Below, in pieces: positions 32,901 to 45,226 of a stretch of 64,000 bases of DNA; positions within the stretch are counted from its first letter, which is position 1; each line of letters starts with the position of its first letter. The position numbers and the translations under genes are program-made. The stretch spans positions 3,078,158 to 3,142,157 of the forward strand of contig MU058781.1 in the NCBI GenBank assembly GCA_013265495.1, written 5' to 3'. Origin of the DNA: Vicugna vicugna (lineage: Eukaryota). The notes below the pieces were generated by a model. It was not told where the DNA came from. It did no database searches and saw nothing but the letters and a program-made list of their open reading frames with translations.

Positions 32901-34989
32901 TGTCATTGACATTTACATGGATTCTTTCACATGAAAAGAAGGAAACCCCTTCCCCAGTGCAGGAATACCAGATACTCCGCCCCCAGGCAGGCACCACTCA
33001 CCAATCTGGGTGCTTTGCCCTGAGCAACCTTGATGAAACCTCAAATTTTCTGAGAACAATGCTTTTGGCAGCCATTATCCCTTAATTCAAGTTGGCGTGA
33101 GACATGAAGCCTACATGCCAACTTTACTCAAACAAAACAAAACTCTGTTCCCAGGAACTGAAGATTTATCTTCTTGCATTCTGTTTTTTATATAATGGAA
33201 TGTTTTCATTTTTCCCTTTGTAAAAACTTCTCTTTACTTCCAGGGAAGTAGTATAGACCAAACAAATGATAGGTATGAAGACAGGTGTCTTTCTTGGAGG
33301 AAAAAAAAAAGATACTTTAAAGAAGCTTTATAATTCAATTGTCCTTATAAGACCAGATATAGATAGAAAGGCCTGTAGATTAGAACTTTTCCTCCATCCA
33401 AATAAAATAAAATAAAATATATAAAACATTATCTTTTGTGGATAGCAAACCTTATGATTTGATTATTCTTCTAATGGTAGGAACAATAAATATATCTTAA
33501 AATAATTCTCATCTCCTCAGTATTTAAGTCCAAGGCCTCACCCTTAGAAGGAAAGTGGTGTAGGACCTTAATACTAGAAGGTGGAAACATGGAATAAATA
33601 AACTGGATTTACTTAAAACCTGTTTCTAAACAGCCTACTTTCATTGCCTGGCTAGTCACATTTGCTCCTCAAGAATTCTCCTAACTCTTATATGCATTCA
33701 GTTTTGATGGGAATGAAACAGAACTACTCAAGTGAAATCTATCTGGATTAGAAATGAAATGTTCCCTCACATTATTTCTCTCTTCATAAGGTACACACAT
33801 TTCAAAATCTAGGTATTTTTAAACTCATTTTTTTCCCTCACTGATAATTAATTTTAAAAGGGGGACCAAAATTGCCCCCTATTTTATGACAATTTAGTCT
33901 TGTTCCTGCATTGTGTGTTTTGTTTCCTAAAGTAATTCACAGTGTTCTTCCCAAAGACCTGATGTATCCCTCCATATCCCCAGGCGTTTGTAAAAGTGCT
34001 CTCACTGAATTTCACATAAGACAGAATTTGTGTGAAGCTCCTTGGGGTTTTAGGAAACAGGGATGCACTTGGGTTCTCTCAGTGGATGGGGTTTCTGGTA
34101 CAGACCCCTGAGAGCTCGCAGCAGCTGCAGAACTAGAAGGCTGTTTCCTTTGTTGGGAGGTGACGGTAGCTTGAGTTCCCACATCTTCTCCAGGGAGACT
34201 CGATAGTAACTGGCCTGGAGTGCCCGGCTCAAAGCTCCACGTTGTTGACTCTGCCTCTCCCACTAAATGCATCTTCTCCCTCCTCAACCATCACCTACCT
34301 CCTCCTTGCTACCTCCTTTCCCTATCATGGCCCTTGCTTACTTCCTTCTCCCTCTGTGAGTCTCTGCTCCTGTTCCACTCTATTGTATGTCCCCATTCTC
34401 AGTGTGTCTCACTCAAACTCCTCAAGAACGAGCACATGTGGTGGTCCAGTCACCCTCGGGTAGCAGGCAGAGCGCCCCCACGAAGCAGCAGGCTCCTCAG
34501 GCTGCTGCCCAGACTAGAGATGGCTGGCTCTGTGTCAGTTGTCCATTTTCTTGCCTATTAGGTGCTTCTCTGCCTAAGAAACACCTCAGAAATGGCTGTG
34601 GATTCAGCAGATGCGCTGAAGACCTCTTCCGTAGCACGTCCAGCACAAGATTGATTTCCTAGATTGTTTTGTGAGTTGTAAGGGGATATGGGACTTACCA
34701 TGATAGGAAGTTGCCTCTGCACTTGTTCTGGTGTCAGTCCTGGATTACATAAGGGAGCTTCCGAAATCATAGGAGGAAGAAGTGTAAAAGTTTGAGAAAA
34801 TGTAGAAAAATGTAGTGGATGTCTGTTCATGCAAGCCTTTAAAATAGATGCATGGCAAGGTCTAGCCCTGGGTTTATTTAAAACCATTACATAAAATGCA
34901 TCCCTGATTATATAAAGCTATGCTTGAGAGTATAGTTTCATTACTGAAAATAACTGGTAGGTTTTAATGATTTGACTTGTTCAAAGTTT

Positions 34990-35120
34990 ACGTGTTTTCT
35001 TATGGGAAACGTTCTATATCTTGACATGGGTGGTGGTTACGAGGGTATATTACAAATGTAAAAGTCACTGAGTTACACACTTAAGGTTAGTGTACTTGAA
35101 GCATCTTATTTTATGTTTGC
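34990..35120 (+). mobile_element. Old L1MC/MD-type 3' UTR fragment
   Basis: ggaaacgttctatatcttgacatgggtggtggttac...gtaaaagtcactgagttacacacttaag. Confidence 0.75.
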
Positions 35121-35581
35121 TCTAATTTGGAAGGACATCACGTAATTTGCTTCTTAATTCTCATCCCTTTCTTGGCCAGATTGCCTCCAGTTTGGGTCTG
35201 TAGCCTAAATATGCCCCACAGTGCCCTCCCTTCTCTTCCTGTTATTCCGCCCTCTACTGAGTTCCTCCTCTGAGGTAGCCCTGCTCTGGTTCTGACTTTG
35301 TCAGTTGCCCTTGGTTAAATAACTCGTGTGTCTGTCTCTTGCTGCCTACTTAGCAGTACACTTCCTGGTGGCAGGCCCTGTCTTTTATTTTCCCTTTATG
35401 TCTCCATGGCAGCCAGCACAGGACTTAACTCATGATAGGATTTCATTAAGGACATAATGAGTCAGAAAATGTCAGAACTGCAAGGAACCATAGTGATCCG
35501 CAGCCCTTCCTTTTTTTCTGAAAGAAAAAGCTGGTTCATGGGTTTGGGGGGAGGGGGAAGGAAACAGATGAGCAAGCACTC

Positions 35582-35960
35582 ATTTTTTTTGTTAATAGAA
35601 ATTTTATAATTTTTACATTTTGTGTATGCACTGAATAAAGTAACCATTTTAAAGTCTATAATTCAGTGGCATTTAGTACACTCATGATGTTGTGAACCAC
35701 CAGCTCTGTCTAGTTCAAAACGCCTTCATGGCCCCAAAAGAAAACATACCAATTAGGCAGTCTCCTTCCCTTCCCTTTCCCCCAGCCCCCAGCAACCACT
35801 AAATCTGCTTTCTGTCTCTGTGGCTTTGCTTATTCTGGACGTTTCATATAAATGAAATCATATAATATGTGGCCTTTTGTGTCTGGCTTCTTTCATTAAG
35901 CATAATGTTTTCTAGGTTCACCTGCCAGGTAGCATGTATCAGTGTGTCATTCCTTTGTAG
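35582..35960 (-). mobile_element. L1MB-type 3' UTR fragment
   Basis: ccattttaaagtctataattcagtggcatttagtaca...cccagcccccagcaaccactaaatctgctttctgtctct...ttcatataaatgaaatcatataatatgtggccttttgtgtctggcttctttca. Confidence 0.9.
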
Positions 35961-35964
35961 GGCT

Positions 35965-36200
35965 AAAATGCTACCATTTTTGAGCGCGAACAGATGCCGC
36001 GCCAGGTGCTTTACATATGTAACCTCATGGAGTCCTCGTAACAGCCCTAAGATATAGATATTATTATCTCTATTTTACAGATCTGGAAACTCAGGTTCAA
36101 AGAAGTGAATGTCTAGCCCACGTTTATAAAGCAAGCAAACAAGCCAAGCAGGCCTAGGACCCAAATTCCTGACGCCAAGTGCAGCTTTTCCCCACTACCC
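35965..36200 (-). mobile_element. MIR SINE
   Basis: gccaggtgctttacatatgtaacctcatggagtcctcgtaacagcccta...attttacagatctggaaactcagg. Confidence 0.85.
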
Positions 36201-36905
36201 TGGGCTGTCTCTCTTGCTAGCTCCTGATTTCCTTAGCTCGTTCATCCCAGCATCGGTAGGATCCTAACTTCACATCCGCATCTGTCTCTCCACTACCTGC
36301 TGGTATGATAGTGGCACAGCCCGACATTGCAGAGTGGGTCAAACGGACCTTTGCTTATGGTTTCACTTGTTTGGAATCATATGCAGTAAGTCTCCATATA
36401 GACACTGAGAAGATTACAGAAATTTCTGTTGCTCTCCAGTGCTGTGTAGTGGGAGTTTCATCCAATTGAATCTAAAAGCCATTTTCCTTCATCACCTGCT
36501 GGTCATGAAAGAAGATCTCTTCAAGGTCTGTTTAAACTATTGGGAAGAGGGTTGGGGAGTGCTTTGAATATGCATGAGCTTCACCAAGGCAGCAACAGCA
36601 GAGGTGGATTTTAATAATTAGTTCATTAGGCCTATTTCTTTCTTTAATTGGTTACGAAGCCTTGTCAACTAGGCAATAAAAAAATAATTACCAATTTTTA
36701 AAAAATGTAAAACTTGGTGGAGTTTGGATATTAACAATGCACAGAGAGATGAAAACAGACAAGAGGGCCCTGAGTACATCTTAAACAAATAGTTAAATAT
36801 TTACGAATTGCACTTCAATGAAGTTTGTTTCTATTTTCAGAGATGGGTATTGTCTGTATTTGTTCTGGGACGTCGGTTCTAAACACAAGTTCTGAGAGTT
36901 GGGGG

Positions 36906-37050
36906 GGGGCATTCTTAACCTTGGGGTTATGAACGTGCTCAGCGGGTCCATTAATACCTTGAAATTATCTGGAAAACATTCTCTGTGTGTTTATTTTTCT
37001 GGGGTGAAGATACAGAGCTTCTGTCAGATTGTCACAGTTTAGGAACTACT
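36906..37050. mobile_element. Charlie4z-like hAT MITE
   Basis: ttcttaaccttgggg...gggtccat...cttgaaattat...tttttctggggtgaag...agcttctgtcagatt...gtttaggaactact. Confidence 0.65.
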
Positions 37051-37409
37051 ATGTCACAACTTTCTCTCTGACTCTGAGGCATCAGCCAACAGTGGTCTAG
37101 CAGTCTAGGGACCCTAATTCCTCTGCAATGTGAGGAGACACATGTGCACTATATTAGGGGGCCTCTACCATCCCAGAGTCCCTGATGGCCAACTGACCCC
37201 TTAGCAGGGGCTCGGAGCTCTTCCTGTGGCTGTAGCCTTGGAGTGGTCACTGTGCACTTTCCACCTGTGCCTTCCTTGCTAGTAAACCAACTCATACAAC
37301 CAGTTCAGAGACTGCAGTAAACACTGGGAGCAGCTAGATGAAGGCCAACACTAGAAGCCAGTCAGCTACTAGAGGTAGTTTTCTGGAGGTGCAGAAAAAG
37401 AATGATCAG

Positions 37410-37580
37410 AGCCTTGCAACTCAAAGTGTGGTCCACAGACCAGCAGCATTAGCACCCTCCGGGACACGTTAGAAATGTATGTAAAATCTCAGGCCTCACC
37501 CAGATCTACTCGATCAGAATCTGTATTTCAGCAAGATGCCCAGGGGATTCCTAAACATAGTAGACTTTGAGAAACACTGG
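37410..37580. mobile_element. MER5A1-type hAT-Charlie MITE
   Basis: actcaaagtgtggtccacagaccagcagcatt...gttagaaatg...aatctcaggcctcacccagatctact...tcagaatctgtattt...tttgagaaacactg. Confidence 0.88.
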
Positions 37581-37869
37581 TTCAGCAGGTGCATAGTTCT
37601 GGATGTCACCATCCAACCCCAGCACGGTTCCTTCCTGCCATCTCCCCTATGAAGCCACATTCTCCTACGTCTCCACCCTGATTCTGGCTCCTCTGTGTCA
37701 CATAGGATGCCCATGGTTCTTTCATGTCACCTAGCAGCAGTTTCTAGTGCATGTGATCTGAGCTCCAGCCCCTTGCTGGTGCACAAACTCTAGGCACTGC
37801 CCTCTCTTGATGGTGCTGTGATAAGAAGAAAGAAGGGAATCAGAAGATTAGTTTCTATAATCACTTTCT

Positions 37870-38005
37870 CCACGAGTGAAACAGTCATGAGCAAGTCACA
37901 GCCTCCCATGCCTCAATTTCCTCGTCTTCATAGAGTTGGGATAAGGATCAAAGGTACTTATGAAAAGTACTTTGTGTTCCACATAGAGTTGATATTCCAA
38001 AAATG
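37870..38005 (+). mobile_element. MIR SINE
   Basis: gagcaagtcacagcctcccatgcctcaatttcctcgtcttcatagagttggg. Confidence 0.6.
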
Positions 38006-38009
38006 TTTC

Positions 38010-38580
38010 TTTTCTTTTAAAATAAGCACTTTATTAAGGTATGATTAACATGTAAAAAGCTGTGCATATTTGATGTGTATAATTCAATGAGCTTAGGGGG
38101 AAAAACACAGTGAAACTATTACTCCCATACCTCCCCAAAACATCCATCACCTCCCAAAGTTCCCTCCCGTTCCCTTCATCATCATTTTGTTGTAAGAATA
38201 CTTAACCTGAGATCTATCTTCTTAGCAAATTTTAAGTGTGCAAAATGCACCTGTACCTAATATGTACTGATCTACTAAATTTCTGTGCATTTTTTAACCA
38301 CAGTTAAAAAAGGAAAAAAAATGCACAATCTTTGGAACAAAAAATCAATGGTAGAAATGTAAAGAAAAGATATATAATTAAAGAACATAGTGAGGTATAA
38401 AAAAGTATCCTCTTTTTGGTGTTTCTGTTTGCATGTTTTGTTTTTCCTCATCTTGCTATAGAGTTCCTCTACTAAGAAGTATACAAAGTATACAGTATTG
38501 AGAACTGTTGGTACTAATCTGTACAGTAGATCTCCAGAATTTATGTCCTATTTATCTTGTGTAACTGAAATTGTGTATCC
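38010..38580 (-). mobile_element. Old L1MA/MB-type 3' UTR remnant (interrupted)
   Basis: ctttattaaggtatgattaaca...acatccatcacctcccaaagt...gtaagaatacttaacctgagatctatcttcttagcaaattttaagtg ... ctgtacagtagatctccagaa...atcttgtgtaactgaaattgtgta. Confidence 0.75.
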
Positions 38581-38599
38581 TTGTTAAAGTCCAGAAAGG

Positions 38600-38760
38600 G
38601 CGCTGAATTGGAAGCTAGAGGATCTGCTTTTCTTGTCCCTAATCAGGCTTTGACTAGTTTTGTGTGAACTTGGCTAAGTCCCTTTCCCCTCAGTTTCCCA
38701 ACCTATAAAATGAGGCTTTGACAGCAGTGCTCTCTCAGATCCTTCCTGACTCTGTCATTT
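38600..38760 (+). mobile_element. MIR (MIR3/MIRc-like)
   Basis: actagttttgtgtgaacttggctaagtccctttcccctcagtttcccaacctataaaatgagg...agatccttcctgactctg. Confidence 0.75.
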
Positions 38761-41068
38761 TATGTGTTGTCTCCCAAAGGAAGCCGTCACCCACCAGATG
38801 TTCTACAAATGGTGAAAAAGTTACACTGTGTAGAATTAGACTCTTGAAGGGCATCTCTTGAGAGAGATATACTTCCATTGTTCCACTTCTGCAGACATTA
38901 ATCCCCTCCATTAGGGATTCTGAGTTGCTGTGACTGCTAAATGTAACCCAGAGCCCAATCTTTGGTCCTTTGTGAGATATCCTCCATTAAGTTTGCCTCA
39001 AAACACAACACACTTCACATGCATTAAGCACAGTTGCAAATTCCTCTGTGACAAAATGAAAAGATTAATTTTGAGCTTCAATACTTTGTGTTTATCCATC
39101 ATGACCAACTGTCATTGTAATGATACAGTCTCCCATGCAGACAATTAAAAATCATGCTCAAGGAATCTGTTCTAATTGCTTTGTTTTGAATTATAATTCA
39201 ATGTAAACGCATTGCCCATGCAATAGGTGGGCCACCATGCTTTGTTTGCAGTCTCAGAAAATTTTTCAACAACCTGTAGATACTGCTTTTTCTCTCGAAA
39301 GCATCTCAAGGAGTTCCCAAACCAGGGAAGTTTGAAGAGTGGCTTTCAGTATTGACTAGAGGTTCCTTTTTCCTCTAATCCTAGGCCCCACGGCTGCCTC
39401 TCTCCACAGCTACCCAAGATTCCGTTCTCTACTGAGAACCTCACACTGTGGGATTTCCTCTACTTGAATCTCCCTATGCCAAACTTAACTGTTCTCATCA
39501 TTCTCTCTGAAGCCAGGTCACTGCTACTGAATAGCAAATACGGCAAATTAATCTGTTCCCAAGTATTCAGTGGTTGCTAGCGAAACTACCCTTATCTACT
39601 TGTGTTTTAGAATAGAAAAGGAAGAAAACAATCACCCCCTTTTTTATGGAGTGTAGGTTGTCAGTTGGGTAGGAAGGAAGAGATAGAGATGCAGAAACAG
39701 TCTACTTAACTGTACCTTCTCCCAGACCAAGTCAAATTCCAGAAATTCCAGTTCACATCCAAAACAGGGGGTCAAATACCAGTCATTAGGGAAAGTTATA
39801 AAAGAGAAATCTGTTTACTTTTTTCTTCTCTCTCATGCCTTGTTGGCTCTTTTGTCCCTTTGTCTCTTTTCTGGCCTAACCTACTTCTAATACCTAACTG
39901 AAACCAAGAACCAAAGGTTTTTATGGAGTAAAGTTAGTTCCTTTATCCTTGCGTATGTCCATCTTTATCCTTGTGTATGTCCATCTTCTAAGGGAGCAAG
40001 GCATGTTGCCATGGGCCAATACTCAGTTTTCAAGAGGAAGAATCTCTCCGGGGGGATAGGACAAAAGCAAGTTAAGGGAGCACTTCTCACCCCTGAGGAT
40101 GGACCGTACTGGATATGTGAACAAGAGTTGTTTATTATTATTACTGTATTCTAGAACCTGCCACTAAGGCTACCTTAAATGGCTCCACCTCAACTAAGAA
40201 TTGGAACTGAGTAAGTGGTTCTTAATGTAGAGATTCATGAACATCGACATTTACATGAAGAAGCTGTCAACTTTGTCTCCTTAATATACCTGACAATACC
40301 TGCTGTATTCAAAAGAGCTCTGAACCACTTACCTTCTTCTGAGAAATATCTCATCACCTCCATTCTTTTTGAATTTCAAAGAATGGGTGTCATCTCTTTA
40401 ACATTTTATCCCTCTCTTAATCTGAAGTTTTCTCTAAGGTAGATTCAGTCATTCTCTTTAGTCTTCTAAACGTATGTAATTAAACTCCGTGGGTGTATGT
40501 CTGTGTTTCACGTTAAGGAAAGATAGAGCCTCATTAGGCTCACCCCAGGGGAAGGTGATTACTCTGAGACAGGACACTTTTTGTTCTTGAGGCCTTGCAT
40601 TATAGTACATCATGACTTGGAGACATCTGTCCATGTGTCATTGTCCAGAGAAGTCACATGTGACAGCTTTCTTCTATCCTCACAATTTTGAAGTAGTATA
40701 CAGTTTTTCAGAAGTAGTAAGCCTTGTTTTTGTCTATATAAATTGTAATAGCCAGAGCCCCAAAAGAGGCTTTAATTTTGTTGTTATTGCTGTTGTTTTT
40801 TTTTAAATCTTCCCAATCCTATTAACAAACCAGGGTGGTCAGAAGGATGTTAACAAAGTGTCCAAAGACTTCAGGAGAACTGCTTTGAGAAAGAATACAA
40901 AATTACCAGAACAATATTTAGATTGGAGCAGAATGAGCAATGGAATTATGGCTTGTCTTAACCCTTGAGAGTTCCCACTTGATTTAGCCATGAGAAAGAA
41001 AAAAAGCATGGCGGCTCAGAAGGACAGTCATAATTTATATTGAAAAGGGAAGAGAAGAAAGTAGGGCA

Positions 41069-41122
41069 GTGTGTGTGTGTGTGTGCACGTGCGCGCGCTC
41101 GTGCACTTGTGCATGTGCATGT
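41069..41122. repeat. Alternating purine-pyrimidine tract (TG)n-(GC)n
   Basis: gtgtgtgtgtgtgtgtgcacgtgcgcgcgctcgtgcacttgtgcatgtgcatgt seen directly. Confidence 0.9.
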
Positions 41123-41489
41123 AATGAGAAGATTTTTACAGTGGTAATACTAGTTTTCCTGATTGGCAGGGAGGTACAAGTTTGGTCATACTTGTGGAGT
41201 GGTTTAAACATGATGATTTTTCATAAACCCTCATTGACTTTGGGGAATTTTAGTGGATGGTAAAAGTGTAGACTATTTTACAAACAGGACCTTAACCAAG
41301 GAAACGGTGATAGAAAGCAAAATTATGAAGCAGGTGAAGTTTATCATCACATTTTCTGTCACCTTCTTCTGCAGACTTTTTACTGCTCTTTATACCTCTG
41401 TAGACTTTTCCATCCATTAAATTCTAGGAAAATTATTTTAAACTTATTCATAGTGGTAATAAATGCCTTGGGAAGCCATAAATTAAAAT

Positions 41490-41645
41490 GACTGAAAATC
41501 AGAAAGATCTGGGATTGAATCCTGGCTCTGCCATTCACTGTAGGATCTTGGATAAGTTTATCTTTCTGAGCCTCCGTTTTGTAAACTAGAAAAGAGGAAG
41601 AATAAAATCTTCCTAGCTCTGGTTGAGATAATGTCTAAAGCACTG
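41490..41645 (+). mobile_element. MIR SINE
   Basis: gatctgggattgaatcctggctctgccattcact...cttggataagtt...tctgagcctccgtttt. Confidence 0.8.
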
Positions 41646-41647
41646 AG

Positions 41648-41755
41648 ATTCCATAGAATTTTAGGATTTTTTTTCTATTTCTGTGAAAAATGCCATTGAA
41701 ATTTTGGTAGGGATTACATTGACTCTGTAGGTTGTTTTGTATGGACATTTTAAGC
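41648..41755 (-). mobile_element. Short internal LINE-1 ORF2 fragment
   Basis: ttccatagaattttaggattttttttctatttctgtgaaaaatgccattgaaattttggtagggattacattga matches antisense L1 ORF2. Confidence 0.8.
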
Positions 41756-41799
41756 AAGTGTTTACTTTTAAATTATTTTCCTTTTTTGGGAGTGTGAAT

Positions 41800-42226
41800 A
41801 TATACCAGTAAGCATTTACTATGCAACAAACCATCCAAAAACTTAACCTAAATCATTTATTATTTCTCATGATTCTATGAGTTGCCTGGGTACGTCTTCT
41901 GGTCTGGACCAGTCCTGGTAGGGCTGGATAGACAGTGGTCTCACTCACATGTCTGCTGCCTCAGCTGGGACAGCTGAGACTCCTGGGCTGGCAGGAACCT
42001 GTGTCCAAGAGGTTTTTCATCCTGTAGGAGGCTAGCCTGGCTTGTTCACATAATGGCAAAAGGGTTTCCAGCAGTTAGAAAGGGCACCCTTAATAAGCAA
42101 GTACTCTTTAAGCCTTCTTTGCTGATCAGCCAAAGCAAATCACATGGCCAGCCCAGTTTGAAGGAGCATAGCCTCCACCACTTGTAGGAGTTACTGCAGA
42201 AGACGTTTGGCCATTCAGACTCCACG
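41800..42226 (-). mobile_element. MLT1 (F/G/H-like) MaLR solo LTR
   Basis: aacaaaccatccaaaaactta...atttattatttctcatgattct...ctcactcacatgtctg...aggctagcctggcttgttcacat...gccaaagcaaatcacatggccagccca. Confidence 0.85.
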
Positions 42227-43119
42227 ATGCAGGGGCTTTAGTTAGCCAGCCCTTCTCATCTCCACACACAGCTGTTAACAAGAGTTCTTTAGGATATTCT
42301 GTAGTGATTCTACAGCTTTCTTTCCAATAAAAAAGTCAAAGCCTTTAGGAAAAAGTGCAACACTTCTTTGAATACAGAATCATTATCTACATCTACTTCT
42401 TGGCCTTTCAACCACTACCAATGTACATATAAAATTTGCAAGGTTATTATAGCCAAAGCAAGTTGGTCCAGAACTCTCTACACAAGTCAGGCTTCCCTTT
42501 ACTCTTGGAAAAACACGTTGGAAAGTGGAGCGGTTCTGCATCTCCACATTCATTCAAGAAAATACAGGGTAAGAAAAGCCGGAGACGTTTTTGCAGGGAA
42601 CATTAGCTAGAAAAATCAGAGCTTGGAAAGTGTTTGAACCAAACAAACAACACTGCAGCCGCACCTTTTGCAACTTCTAGCCACAGCACTGAGTGACGGT
42701 GACTTGAAGACAATGAACATCAAGTAGTCCATTAAAAATCCTTGGCATCTTGAGATTGATCAGTGTGTCTTGTCCATAGCTCTTATTTCCATATCAGGGT
42801 GCTTTTCTTTATTGGATTATTTGGATTTTTATAGGTTGTTTATGGCTCATCATTTAATATCTGAGAGCAGTGGTGAGAAAAGAGACGTGTGTGTGTCATG
42901 TGAGTGGAAAACTCTCTGCAGTTACAACTTATAGCTATATTTTCTGCAAACAAAATATTTCTTGGAGTCACTGGGTTTTCTCTTTCACTCTGTAATAGCT
43001 CTTGTGGGGAATACCAGAGTGATTCAAACAGCTTGTCTCCAGGTCCCTTGCATAATTCAACCACACGGAACAGAATATTGATATAGATGATAACTTCTCA
43101 CTTATGTAATAAGAATCTG

Positions 43120-43350
43120 GAAAAAACAAACTTGGATTCTAATTTAAATTCACCCCTTCTGTCGCAGCTGTGTGAATTGGGGCAATATAAACAACTTCAC
43201 TGTGTCTCAATTGCTTCGTCAATAAAATGGAAATAGAAATTCTTGCCTATCCCAAGAGGTATTGTTGTGATACTCAAGAAATCATGTATGGAAAAGTGAT
43301 TTGCAAATAATAAAAATAGAGAGAGATGTGGCATTATCATTATTATTACT
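43120..43350 (+). mobile_element. MIR SINE
   Basis: agctgtgtgaattggggcaa...cactgtgtctcaattgcttcgtcaataaaatggaaata...ttgttgtga. Confidence 0.75.
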
Positions 43351-44664
43351 AGCTTCAGAAACATCTGTAATCATTCAGAGCAGTAAGGGGCTCACTAAGC
43401 AGTAATGTCTTTCACCATTTTCAGATTAGGACGAATAATAAATTTTACATCAAGTGAGAAGCAAGAAAGCCATTTCTGTATCAGCTCAAACGTCCTCATT
43501 CTAGTTTGTTTGGGATTATTAAGGTGCCAGAACTTTCAGTTATTTAGATACTAATTATCCAGATCGTGGATTACTTCCTTCCGGTTGCTGCCCAAATTTG
43601 CAGCAGCTCATTTCTTAGTAACCACTCTACACATTAGCGGTACTCCATTCAGACATAGGAAAGAAAGTAAACAATGAGAACTTAAATATTTAAGGGGATG
43701 GGGTAAGGGTGAATATTTCATATAAGGGTAAATTACCTATTATCTCCCTAGCCTTTTGGAATACACCATTGAGTGTTCACTCTCTCATGACATCATCAGA
43801 GAACAAATACTCGTCATGTTTCTAAAGACAGTAAAAACTGGTTTCAGAGCAAAGAGATACTTTATATCTCTCTCGTCCTCACCTGTGTGTTTTTCCTCTC
43901 CTCCATTCCTTTCTCTACTTCCACTCTGATCTCTTATCTTTGGGTACCATATCCTTACAGAAGGTTTCCTTGCCAGAGAGATTTACAAAGTCAAACTTTC
44001 ACTTTGGCAAGAGAAAATGGAAGCCAATATGAAATCAGAGAGCTAAACATTTCATTGAACATTTGAATTCTTAATTTTTTCAAACTTAAAAATATATTCC
44101 AATGTACTTCTTCCAATGAAGAATAGAAATCGAAATGCTAAAATATGAGAACTACCTGTATGAACTCTGTTAAAAATTTGTTATTATCAGCATCAAAAAC
44201 CAAGCCAAAAAAAGAAAAGAAAAGAAACAGGCAAAAGGAAACCTGCCCTATCTGCTCTTGAGAGATGATAATAATGCCTTACTTTGTTTCTCCCTTCACC
44301 TTTTCAGACCACTTTCAAATACTTTCTTTTTAGAAAACCTAGTATTGAGATACAAGATTTTCAGGAAAGATTTAATTTGTGAGCACTTGTAAAAGCTAGA
44401 CAGTCTTTCTGAGGTCTACCAATGTGGTGATTCAATGTGGTTATGTCTTAAACACTCAAATGAAAAAAGATAAGTGCATGAGAAGTTGAGCATCAATGAA
44501 TATGGCTCAGATCCTAAACCACAGACCAGAAATCCCAGGGTATTTTTTACCTCTAACCTTTCTAGACTAAAACCTGCAGCCAATCACTTAGTCTTTCAAT
44601 GCCTATATATAAATGGAAGTGATTCAAGAGATATTTTGTGAAAAAAAATTAAGGCTTTTGCAAT

Positions 44665-45035
44665 GATAATACCTATAATTTATTGACTGCCTTTTGTGTG
44701 CCAGGATATTGGATTAAATGTTTTGTGCTTGTTTTTGTCAGTGTTTAATACATCTCTAGAAGTGGGTAGTTATTGCTCAGGGTAGAGTGTGCTTAGCATG
44801 CATGAGATCCTGGGTTCAATCCGCAGTACTGCCATCAAATAACTAGACCTAATTACCCCCCCCCCAAAATAAATGAATAAATGAATGAATGAATGAATGA
44901 ATATAAATAAATAAATAAATAATAAATAAATAAATAAAACATCTCTAGATATTATTATTACATTTTACAAATCAGGAAGGGAGGTTATATAAGTTGCCAA
45001 AGTTCATCCAAATTGATCCATATTTGAACCCAGAG
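44665..45035 (-). mobile_element. MIR SINE split by a Vic-1 insertion
   Basis: aattttattgactgccttttgtgtgccagg... lies left of the SINE and attattattacattttacaaatcaggaa...tttgaacccaga lies right of it. Confidence 0.7.
44761..44938 (+). mobile_element. Vic-1-type camelid tRNA-derived SINE with (TGAA)n/(TAAA)n tail
   Basis: ttgctcagggtagagtgtgcttagcatgcatgagatcctgggttcaatccgcagtac...cctaattacccccccc. TSD acatctctaga at 44750-44760 and 44939-44949. Confidence 0.9.
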
Positions 45036-45226
45036 CTGTGAATAAGTGAATTCAGTGATCAGATTTTACTATGTCTTTGGAAACATCAGTTATCTGAAAA
45101 TTCCCTGAAAGAAGCTTTTGGAGAAACTGATTTTAATTGTAAGCCATCTAAGGAGATCATCGTTGATGGGGATTCCCTCAGGCCTCAAACCAAATAAGGA
45201 AAACATTTTAAAAACCAGGAGAGTTT

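Noticed and set aside
40327..40421. Strong minus-strand donor AAG|GTAAGT with a possible 6-nt or 89-nt exon
   Set aside because: Both acceptors have weak pyrimidine tracts and the 89-nt version has stops in all frames. Isolated consensus donors are expected by chance.
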